Positions 45,401-53,340 of a stretch of DNA of 64,000 nucleotides are shown here, piece by piece. Position 1 is the stretch's first letter; every line of letters starts with the position of its first letter. The DNA is taken from the IMG/VR virus record IMGVR_UViG_3300013121_000046. One strand, written 5' to 3'. The DNA is from a virus (Duplodnaviria > Caudoviricetes). The translations under genes were made by a program, and so were the position numbers. The notes beneath the pieces were generated by a model, which saw only the letters and a program-made list of their open reading frames with translations, had not been told where the DNA came from and did no database searches.

Positions 45401-46060
45401 TTACTCTAAGTCCAGAACACTTGCATTGCATAAAGCAGCCACAGACTCAATGCTTTCCGATGGAACATCAATGATAGTACTGGATGGACTTGAAGAATAC
45501 TGAGCAGAAACAAGAGTGTAACCTTGAAATTCTAATGGTGTCCTAACCTGACATTGTATCTCAGACCCCCTACAAGATAGAGACAAAACTCCAAGGTTTA
45601 CCCAGGGTCTCTCAAGATTACAATTTCTAAATAGCATTAGATGCGTTGAGTCCATGAGTTTACTAATTAAGGTAATGTACACAGACTCAGATCTTAATTT
45701 TGACCCAAACTCAGAGGTTCGTACCGGAACCTCTAAACTAATATACATAGTACTGATTCTTAAACGCAAACCGAGGCTAGAAAATAGGATTATCTTAGTA
45801 TCAGCGCTACTCAAATCCCAAATATCTATCTCCAAAAGTACCTTTGGCGTATTACGGGGTACAGTATACTTAAGAATCTTTACTCCAGCCCATTCAGTTA
45901 CACTATGTAAAAGACTACTAGAGCAATAAAGCTTTTCATACGGCGGCACCCAAAAGGTGGCACCGCTCATATCATCATATAGCCAACCCAGCCTAGCATC
46001 GAACCTTAACTGTTCCGAACCCTGACCATAGTAGACTTCATTAGCGTCTAGATACCGCAT
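45401..46060 (-). CDS. hypothetical protein (paralog of 44732..45379)
   Basis: Shared blocks with the neighbour. Confidence 0.65.
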   Translation of the reverse strand: MRYLDANEVYYGQGSEQLRFDARLGWLYDDMSGATFWVPPYEKLYCSSSLLHSVTEWAGVKILKYTVPRNTPKVLLEIDIWDLSSADTKIILFSSLGLRLRISTMYISLEVPVRTSEFGSKLRSESVYITLISKLMDSTHLMLFRNCNLERPWVNLGVLSLSCRGSEIQCQVRTPLEFQGYTLVSAQYSSSPSSTIIDVPSESIESVAALCNASVLDLE

Positions 46061-46086
46061 AACCCTAGTATCCCATCCCCAGGGGC

Positions 46087-46830
46087 TTATGGTCGATCAG
46101 AAATATCTCTAAATCTTCGACTTCTCTGGGCCTCCTCTCTAACATCCTCCGCTGGATCATTCTCACCCCCCTCAGAGACGTACGAATCAGGCATCAAGTA
46201 CTTTAATTTCTTGTACCAATTCTTATCATCCATCCAACGATCTAACTCTGGAGAAACTTCAGCTAACATCGCAGTAGCCAATCTTTCCCGTCGAGAAAAA
46301 CTCTTTGAACTCTTTTTAGCAGCAGTAAAACCACCTAGACCCCCGCTAACCGGTGGGTTTGAGTTAAAAGTTCCCGGGGGTATTTGCGGGGCCGATTGGG
46401 AAGCCTTTGCTTTGAGTTCCCGAAGCCGATCCTTAAACCAATTGGCAGCGGCTAAAGCAATTTGTGCTGTATTCCAGGTTTTTCCGGGAGGCTTATCCTC
46501 CTTAGCCACCACGAAGGCTTGTGGAACAGAGGAATCCTCCTCACCTTGAACTAGATTCTGGGCCAAAACCGCATACTTCCCATCTTTCAGTTTCTGAATT
46601 TGTAACTGAAGAAGCGAGTCTTTGCCCCAGATCCCGCCTAACGGCTCTTCTGAATCTTTGACAATAGGCAACTCTGGATGAGACACACTCCATGTATTTC
46701 CATCTGTACCCTCTACCCCCCAATTCTTTGAATCTTGATCTTGAGAATCACCTGGAGTATTAAGAGCCTTGATAAGCTCATCGGCTAATTGCCAGAGAGT
46801 TCTCTGGGCTTGAGAATCAATACTAGGCAT
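46087..46830 (-). CDS. hypothetical protein
   Basis: 247-aa ORF with AGGA RBS. Confidence 0.65.
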   Translation of the reverse strand: MPSIDSQAQRTLWQLADELIKALNTPGDSQDQDSKNWGVEGTDGNTWSVSHPELPIVKDSEEPLGGIWGKDSLLQLQIQKLKDGKYAVLAQNLVQGEEDSSVPQAFVVAKEDKPPGKTWNTAQIALAAANWFKDRLRELKAKASQSAPQIPPGTFNSNPPVSGGLGGFTAAKKSSKSFSRRERLATAMLAEVSPELDRWMDDKNWYKKLKYLMPDSYVSEGGENDPAEDVREEAQRSRRFRDISDRP

Positions 46831-46912
46831 TTTATTCCTAACTCAAAAAATTACTACCCCAGAAACATGCCTGAACTAACTCAATTCCCTCAGGTACAGA
46901 ATCAAAATACAC

Positions 46913-47110
46913 CTAAACTAACTTAGGTGCAATCGCGGGAACAATCGGCTCAGTATCTACGGTCCCACCTAAAAGTTTTGTTACCTGTCCTTTGGAGTTA
47001 ATAAATCCCGCCCTTACCATACTCTGAAAATACTCTTCTGGGGTTTCCGTATCCTGAGCGAATGCCCGAAGAGCTTCTTCAGCTATCTGCTTTGAAGTAC
47101 GAATTGCCAT
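46913..47110 (-). CDS. small hypothetical protein
   Basis: 65 aa with GAGG RBS. Confidence 0.55.
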   Translation of the reverse strand: MAIRTSKQIAEEALRAFAQDTETPEEYFQSMVRAGFINSKGQVTKLLGGTVDTEPIVPAIAPKLV

Positions 47111-47202
47111 CTCACTACCTCACTATCCATTTGAGAGGTTTGCATACGCTAAATGAACCTTAAAGTACAGTACTGAAACACACAATACCTAACTAAGATA
47201 CC

Positions 47203-47241
47203 AAAAAAAACTCCCAAGCGGGAAAACCCACTTGGGAATTT
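47203..47241 (-). terminator. intrinsic terminator after the head decoration gene
   Basis: TCCCAAGCGGG/CCCACTTGGGA stem (G-U pair on the minus strand) plus U-run. Confidence 0.8.
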
Positions 47242-47264
47242 AACAAATTCAAATATCAGTCAAG

Positions 47265-47867
47265 TTAAGCCACATACTGGATGCTTAAGAGCACACCCAA
47301 TTCCAACTCACTGGCAGTGGGAACCTTAGTGCAAAGACCCACATACCAAGCACCCGAGCCAGTGGTATAACCCACTGACGATGGGTCTGAAGTATTCGCC
47401 ACTGGGGTCAACAAACCCTCACCTGAGCAGTACAGGGGCGAACCGATGGCATATGAGTTAAGACACGAAGCGTAAGTAATACTTGGAGTTGAACCCGAAG
47501 GGGCACCTTCATTGGTCTCGAAAGCATAGACCAGGAAGTGACCACCGTTCATGTAGACTCCAACCTTACCCGAGGCCGCAGCCGGAGCATTCTCGAAGGC
47601 ATTACCTTCCGAATTGCCCGAAAACAAGCCAATCGGACGGTAGTTCTTAGCTCCATCACGAGCTTCCCAGTTATTCCCACCCACTGACAGAGAGGCAACT
47701 GAACCACCCAACACGCCCTTCGGGGTGTCAGCATCAAAGTTCAGGTTGCTGACATGAGCACCAGTACCCGCGTCAGAATGGTAGTTATCCCGATCAAAAG
47801 AACTCGATTTAAGGGTATAAGCTGACGAATTTGTCACCTTATCCAAAACTTCGATGTAGATACTCAT
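47265..47867 (-). CDS. head decoration/cement-like structural protein
   Basis: Follows the scaffold gene; PIGLF, ASGKVGV, Y.IG.PLYCS..GLLT and VG.CTKVP patterns typical of cement proteins. Confidence 0.6.
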   Translation of the reverse strand: MSIYIEVLDKVTNSSAYTLKSSSFDRDNYHSDAGTGAHVSNLNFDADTPKGVLGGSVASLSVGGNNWEARDGAKNYRPIGLFSGNSEGNAFENAPAAASGKVGVYMNGGHFLVYAFETNEGAPSGSTPSITYASCLNSYAIGSPLYCSGEGLLTPVANTSDPSSVGYTTGSGAWYVGLCTKVPTASELELGVLLSIQYVA

Positions 47868-47925
47868 TCGCCAGTCTCCCAGAGAAAGAAAAAAATAAAG
47901 TTAGGGTACTTCTATACCGAAACTA

Positions 47926-49230
47926 CTAGTATCGGAAGACCCTCTCAATGTCTTCATAAGCCTCGGGCACATCGAACACTGCGTCAAACTCATTATCAAC
48001 CTGCCGATTCACGTTAGCTTTTCTAACCCGAGAGGGCCTAAAAGCTGAAGCCTTACGATTGGCATCCCGCTTTTCCGCAGGTTGGATGAAAGCATCCGCC
48101 CAATTGGTCGGAGTCTTTTTTTGTTCCAGAGTCTTCTTAGCAGCACGAATTTTACCAGCGGACTTCGAGCCGGTCGGAACTATCCCAGCCATGTGCAACT
48201 TCTCCGCATCATCCATAGAAAATTCATGCTCAGTATCCAAGTCCTCACTATCATCGTCAGACATATCATCTAAGTCCAAGGCGTCTTCATCGTGCTCAGA
48301 ATCTTCTAACTCGGAATCCTCTAACTCGGAATCCTCTAACTCGGAATCCTCTAACTCGGAATCCTCTAACTCGGAATCCTCTAACTCGAAATCCTCTAAC
48401 TCGAAATCCTCCGAATCCTCCGAATCCTCCGAATCCTCAGCAAACTCATCACTCATATCCTCCTCATCCCCTAAATCCGACTCAGACATTTCATCCGTAC
48501 CAGTCTCGGAGGCATCCTCATCCACAAAATCTGCGTCCTCATCCTCTTCCACACCCAACTCCTCACTATCCGCTGAATCTTCTACCTCAGGTCTGCTGCT
48601 TTCATCCATATCCTCGACAACATCACCGGACTCAGTGAGATCAAAATCATCATCCGCTTCCGAGTTAAATTCATCCTCAAGGAAAAGGGCCTCATCACTG
48701 ACCGGGCCATCAATCACATCCCCTGAGGGAGCCGGTGTAGTCTTGCCAGGAACAACTGGCGGATTACCCTTAATAACATTGGGGGCCATATGCCCAGAAG
48801 CCGAAGTAGCACATGGCTTACAATCGGTTTTAACTGATCGCTTAGGACTTTTCTTTGTCCCCTTACTAGCCAACTGTCTAGTAGGCTTCGACTCATTCAA
48901 AGCTACATCCGCTACAGCCCTATCGGGACTTAACTCATGCTCTGAGACATACTGCTGCGTGTTGGTAGATTCCGGCTGAGGAAACTCCTTTGAGTCCACA
49001 GCCGGGAAATCTTCTCCAGATTCCGAAGCAATCTTAGCCGTAATCTTATAAATATTTGCTAAGTCTTTAGTAGGAATCCGACTAGCTAAGATTCTCGCTA
49101 CGCCCTGAATTTCTGTATCCGAGGCAGCACGAGAACCCAACAATTTTGTTGCTAAGTCCACCGCTCGCAATGAAGTGCTCAAACGAGCTAAATGACTAAC
49201 ACTACTGGTCGTGAGTCGCTTACGTGACAT
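47926..49230 (-). CDS. putative capsid scaffolding protein
   Basis: Between protease and decoration/MCP genes; basic termini and a very acidic repeat core. Confidence 0.6.
   Translation of the reverse strand: MSRKRLTTSSVSHLARLSTSLRAVDLATKLLGSRAASDTEIQGVARILASRIPTKDLANIYKITAKIASESGEDFPAVDSKEFPQPESTNTQQYVSEHELSPDRAVADVALNESKPTRQLASKGTKKSPKRSVKTDCKPCATSASGHMAPNVIKGNPPVVPGKTTPAPSGDVIDGPVSDEALFLEDEFNSEADDDFDLTESGDVVEDMDESSRPEVEDSADSEELGVEEDEDADFVDEDASETGTDEMSESDLGDEEDMSDEFAEDSEDSEDSEDFELEDFELEDSELEDSELEDSELEDSELEDSELEDSEHDEDALDLDDMSDDDSEDLDTEHEFSMDDAEKLHMAGIVPTGSKSAGKIRAAKKTLEQKKTPTNWADAFIQPAEKRDANRKASAFRPSRVRKANVNRQVDNEFDAVFDVPEAYEDIERVFRY
48295..48438. repeat. coding tandem repeat: 7 x 15-bp (ELED[S/F]) plus 3 x 9-bp (EDS)
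   Basis: CTCGGAATCCTCTAA units at 48295..48399, then CGAATCCTC x3 at 48412..48438. Confidence 0.95.
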
Positions 49231-49304
49231 TGATAGCTCCTTAAAAGCTCAATTCCCAGGGGGAAAGAGTAAAAATATGATCGGTGGAAACGCACAGATT
49301 AAGA

Positions 49305-49502
49305 CTAGGAAAAAAGAGTCTCATCCCAGTGCCAAGGATCATTCCGATATCGAGTATCAAAATCTGTTTCCAAACTGGGAGTTTCTGCTTCCCTTACAGA
49401 CTCAGAATTTTTATGTACAACCTCATCCTCTGTAGAAGAATCCTTACCGAATAAATTCCTAGCTAATCTGACTCGACGAGCTTCAGAAGAAGTCCTCAAC
49501 AT
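49305..49502 (-). CDS. small hypothetical protein
   Basis: 65-aa ORF tightly following the protease gene. Confidence 0.45.
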   Translation of the reverse strand: MLRTSSEARRVRLARNLFGKDSSTEDEVVHKNSESVREAETPSLETDFDTRYRNDPWHWDETLFS

Positions 49503-49505
49503 AGT

Positions 49506-50315
49506 CTACACCTCGCTCGCCATCTCTCGGATTCTTTCCACAGGAACAAAAGCTTTTAAGGGCTTCCCGGACCAATCTTTACCAACTTTAAGAAAACCAT
49601 GAAAAACGGCGGGAGCAAAGGCTGGAGCTTTCACCCAAGAAACCTCCATAAAATCATTACTCCCTTTAATCCCAGGGACACCGCATAGTTCAGCAGTAAT
49701 CCGTTTCTCTCCAGAAACACCTCTATAGAATTTTCCTAAGTCTTCTGATAAATGTCTACAGGTTTCATCCCCATCCTCATACACTTTCCCACATCGAGAG
49801 CATTGAGTATGAGTAACACTCGTACCCATACTCATAGAATCTAATTTTCCAGACAGAATATCTCCAACCAATTTAGGGTGCTTTTGCTTATCCGTCGCAA
49901 CCAAAACATCGACAAAAACTGTAGGCAACTTTTCGGCATATCCGACCTCTTTGTGCCATACCACCCAAGCCACAGCATCTAAAATCTTACCCTTAGAGAA
50001 TTCTTTTATCTGAATGTGCTCTAAGTAATTCTCCGCCATTATGAAACTTTTATAAGACTCTAAAAGAACAGCATTCTGCCAAGCATTTCCATTCTCATTT
50101 ACCCACTGAATATGGGGAGTACAAATAGTGTGGCCATCTTGCTCTACCTCAACGCCAGCTACCGCAGTGCAGTGAGATAAGAGGTATCTATCCGGAGTAT
50201 ATAAAGAAAAATCTACCTGCGCAGAACCGCTATTTTTTGAGGCGAATCGCTCCCATTTAGCCCAAAATCGGGGGCCAGTTAAAATTCCAGCAACTTTGCC
50301 CAAACGGTGACGCAT
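49506..50315 (-). CDS. prohead (capsid maturation) protease with zinc ribbon
   Basis: NENGNAW, EH...SKGKILDA, SMSMG nucleophile, CSRC..C.H and FMEVSWV..PA motifs. Confidence 0.8.
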   Translation of the reverse strand: MRHRLGKVAGILTGPRFWAKWERFASKNSGSAQVDFSLYTPDRYLLSHCTAVAGVEVEQDGHTICTPHIQWVNENGNAWQNAVLLESYKSFIMAENYLEHIQIKEFSKGKILDAVAWVVWHKEVGYAEKLPTVFVDVLVATDKQKHPKLVGDILSGKLDSMSMGTSVTHTQCSRCGKVYEDGDETCRHLSEDLGKFYRGVSGEKRITAELCGVPGIKGSNDFMEVSWVKAPAFAPAVFHGFLKVGKDWSGKPLKAFVPVERIREMASEV

Positions 50316-50331
50316 TCGTATCTCCAGAACC

Positions 50332-50592
50332 CTATTGAATCTTCGATAAGAGCATGTCCATTATCTGTATCTGCTCTTGAAGCTCGGATCGTTGCTTCTG
50401 CATCGAGGTTTTCCATCTCCGAAGTAAGGGTAAATCAACCCTACGTCGCTCATCCCGAATAATATCTTTTACGTCTTGCCGCGTTAAACTCTCAGCAAGA
50501 CGTAACCTTCGCTCTATCGCCATAGGGTTACCCGGATTTTCCCCGCCTATTTCTCTCAATCTGTTCTTGTGACTGATCCCGTGTACACCCAA
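50332..50592 (-). CDS. small coiled-coil hypothetical protein
   Basis: ORF in the head operon; start uncertain (possibly MAIERR). Confidence 0.5.
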   Translation of the reverse strand: MGVHGISHKNRLREIGGENPGNPMAIERRLRLAESLTRQDVKDIIRDERRRVDLPLLRRWKTSMQKQRSELQEQIQIMDMLLSKIQ

Positions 50593-50737
50593 TGTCTCGT
50601 AACATATCTTTCAGGACCGCTAACTCACCCTTAGGGTGTACAGCATAAATTTCCCGAGCATCTACCCCCTTTGCCCTTAAATCGGCCAACATATCCTGTT
50701 TCTTCTTACTGATATCCTCTCTACTGTACTTACTCAT
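50528..50737 (-). CDS. small hypothetical protein
   Basis: 69-aa ORF in the head operon. Confidence 0.55.
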   Translation of the reverse strand: MSKYSREDISKKKQDMLADLRAKGVDAREIYAVHPKGELAVLKDMLRDIGCTRDQSQEQIERNRRGKSG

Positions 50738-50752
50738 AACAGCACTCTATCT

Positions 50753-51184
50753 TTAAGGTTTCGCTAAGTCGTTAATCTGAACTTCCACGCGATCTATAGC
50801 TCTCTCATTTTCTCTTATTCTGCGATCTTGCTCTGCCACCAAAGCATTTATATTATCCATATTCTTAATCAACCAAGGCGGAGGCATCTTATTAAAAGCT
50901 GTTTCTAACTTTACTTCCCATCTTGTCTCAGCATCACGAATCTCATCATGCCAATCCCGCTCCTGGGCCGACAATGCGGCTGAGGTCGCAGAATGTAGGC
51001 CATAAATTAAACCCAAATTAGCAGCAACAGCACTAACTATCAAAGCTACCAAAGCCATCCAGTTCGTACTGGATAGTCTGACGACCGAATACACCTCGCT
51101 GGAAGAATTCCCCAGGACTTCCTGAGCACTCAGATAATTATGCTCACCATCAGCAGAATCCATTGGTACATAATTAGGAGTCAT
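50753..51184 (-). CDS. single-TM plus coiled-coil membrane protein
   Basis: WMALVALIVSAVAANLGLIYGL hydrophobic helix followed by a coiled coil. Confidence 0.6.
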   Translation of the reverse strand: MTPNYVPMDSADGEHNYLSAQEVLGNSSSEVYSVVRLSSTNWMALVALIVSAVAANLGLIYGLHSATSAALSAQERDWHDEIRDAETRWEVKLETAFNKMPPPWLIKNMDNINALVAEQDRRIRENERAIDRVEVQINDLAKP

Positions 51185-51207
51185 CTCTAAAGCTCCAATG
51201 GAAATTC

Positions 51208-51615
51208 TTAACGATTTAAGAAGCTAGACAAGTTTCTCCTCAATACCCCCTGAGCTACGATAGTCCTTTCCTGGGCGACATCAGCCCACACTTCTGTACC
51301 CGGTCCTTGATTCGTGGTCACGGAAGAAGACTCTGTAGGGGGAGTTATTACTCCACTCAACCGGGCTCTACCAGATTTATTTACAGCTTCGGCTCGAACA
51401 CAAATTGCCGGTTTCAAATCATCCCGTTTAACTCTCCCGGTAGAATCAGGATCAATAAAACTCTGCGCTACCCCGTCATTCCACCAGTGGCCTCGATTAG
51501 GGTCTGCCGGTGTGTAAGTATCGGTTGCGTAAGTATTCTGAATTTGTACCAGGGAAAGTTTTCCCGTAGGGAAATACATAGTGCAAACCGGTGAGGTATG
51601 TCGTCTCTGAGCCAT
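51208..51615 (-). CDS. hypothetical protein
   Basis: 135-aa ORF in the head operon. Confidence 0.6.
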   Translation of the reverse strand: MAQRRHTSPVCTMYFPTGKLSLVQIQNTYATDTYTPADPNRGHWWNDGVAQSFIDPDSTGRVKRDDLKPAICVRAEAVNKSGRARLSGVITPPTESSSVTTNQGPGTEVWADVAQERTIVAQGVLRRNLSSFLNR

Positions 51616-51620
51616 TTTAT

Positions 51621-52820
51621 TTACCCAACATAAAAGGTGTCAGACTCGGCAGGATCCTCAATCAAGTCAGAAAGCTTATCCCGAATCTCATGAAAATCTT
51701 GCTCCTTGACTTGATATCTCGTCTCCGGAATATCATGGACCATTTGTCGCATCTCTTTCTGATATTCCGAAAAAGAGTCAGCCTTTCTACAGTTACCGAT
51801 CTCAAACTTGGCTTCCTTCTCACTACTTTCGTCCAAATCCTCGGCTTTATCTGACGCCGCATAGGATATTCCACTAAGGAAATCTGCCTCATAGGCATCG
51901 GCAATTCGATGTAATCGCACATCGGAGCTTTCTCTAAACCCTTCCGCTGTAGCTAGAACCATCCTAATAACATTATGAATAGCTTCTGCCGCCATAGGGC
52001 CCCGGGAAGCCTCACGAGTTTTACGAGAGGCATAAAGACTATCTAAAGATGCAGCAAACTCAGCAGCAGCCAAGACATTTTGAGAGCCTTGGGTGTACCC
52101 TAAAATACTTACTTTTTTACCCAGATCTCTTAGCCTCTGAATAGCGGCTAATCTACTGGCATGAACAGGCATAGGATAACCCCACTGAGGAACCCGCGAC
52201 TGAGGAACCCGCGACTGAGGAACTCCAGGGCGTTTAGGGTTTGTTACTCGGGGATTTATTTTATACCTAGAGGCAGCACCAAACTCTGGGTCTGTACTTG
52301 GATTACTCTGAGCCCGCTTCAAAAGCATAGACCCATATAGTTTACCTAGACTATCAATATCACTAGCGTGCATCCCAACTTTTTTCAGGATGTTTTTCAC
52401 TTCCGGTTGCATTAAGGCATTATACAGTCTAGGATTCTGATGAAACCGATCCTTAAATTGCTGAAACCAGGCTTGGTTCCTCTGATCCCGCTGCTTTTCG
52501 TACGAAGGTTGCCCCCAAAATGCGGTGATATGTTTTTTTGTCGCAGTCTTCCTTTTCCCACTAAAGTTATAGGCAAAATCTTCCTTCTTAACTAAATCAT
52601 CCACATCTTCCTGCCCAACTGCATACGGCCACTGCACGATAAGCCGATCTTCCGCCACATGACCTAAGACTTTTCCCACAATCGGTACTTGCGAGGTGTC
52701 TGCTAACACCACCTCATCCCCCACCTCAAAATGAGCGTTTCGATGTGTATCATAAAGTTGAACATAAGAATTTATGTTCTGACCACTGGTCTCATTAATA
52801 TTTGCTTGACGCTTGGTCAT
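51621..52820 (-). CDS. putative head-associated protein with N-terminal SH3-like beta domain
   Basis: FEVGDEV...GKV......VQWP pattern; multiple K/R-x-A motifs. Confidence 0.55.
   Translation of the reverse strand: MTKRQANINETSGQNINSYVQLYDTHRNAHFEVGDEVVLADTSQVPIVGKVLGHVAEDRLIVQWPYAVGQEDVDDLVKKEDFAYNFSGKRKTATKKHITAFWGQPSYEKQRDQRNQAWFQQFKDRFHQNPRLYNALMQPEVKNILKKVGMHASDIDSLGKLYGSMLLKRAQSNPSTDPEFGAASRYKINPRVTNPKRPGVPQSRVPQSRVPQWGYPMPVHASRLAAIQRLRDLGKKVSILGYTQGSQNVLAAAEFAASLDSLYASRKTREASRGPMAAEAIHNVIRMVLATAEGFRESSDVRLHRIADAYEADFLSGISYAASDKAEDLDESSEKEAKFEIGNCRKADSFSEYQKEMRQMVHDIPETRYQVKEQDFHEIRDKLSDLIEDPAESDTFYVG
52184..52223. repeat. coding 15-bp tandem repeat (VPQSR, about 2.7 copies)
   Basis: ACTGAGGAACCCGCG x2 plus ACTGAGGAAC. 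Confidence 0.9.
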
Positions 52821-52895
52821 AAAATTCTCCCGAAAGGGAACCTAAGCTAATATCCCGGTATAAGCAATGATTGCTAAGACTGAACGCCAAAAGGC

Positions 52896-53312
52896 CTAGA
52901 ATTCCACCCGCCACTTAGGATAAAAATTCCGCACTGTACCAGATACAGAAAGTATCCTGGAAATAATAAAAGAATGGATCCCTCCGTGTGTGGTGCAGAC
53001 TCCATACAAGTATCTTTGAGGACCATATCGAGTAGCCTTTACACGAATCGAGTATGGTTCAATTTCCCTAGTAACCACACGATTATTCTCAGTCTTTTTT
53101 CTATACCGAAGAATAACCGTACGTCTCCCCCGAGCATAATCCGCAACTAAAGACATAATCTCCCTAGGTTTTGCCGTGTACTGTTCTGGGATAGTCCTCC
53201 CACCCCGAGGAATAGTTCCTGGGGAATAGTTAGACCGATTATACCCCTTTTTGAAGGTCTTAGGGATTCTAGGTAACTTCCAACTCTGGTCGTTACCTGT
53301 GTCCGGAGGCAT
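52896..53312 (-). CDS. stand-alone WYL domain protein
   Basis: LRYRK...TREIEPYS...YLYGVC....HSFIISRI; probable start at MPPDTG avoids overlap with the portal gene. Confidence 0.8.
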   Translation of the reverse strand: MPPDTGNDQSWKLPRIPKTFKKGYNRSNYSPGTIPRGGRTIPEQYTAKPREIMSLVADYARGRRTVILRYRKKTENNRVVTREIEPYSIRVKATRYGPQRYLYGVCTTHGGIHSFIISRILSVSGTVRNFYPKWRVEF

Positions 53313-53340
53313 AGGCAATCCATAAACCGATACTTGATTT

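Noticed and set aside
48295-48438. CRISPR-like array
   Set aside because: Head-to-tail 15- and 9-bp units without spacers, in frame within a coding region
48059-48979. 306-aa Ser-rich plus-strand ORF
   Set aside because: Antisense shadow of the Asp/Glu-rich scaffold gene
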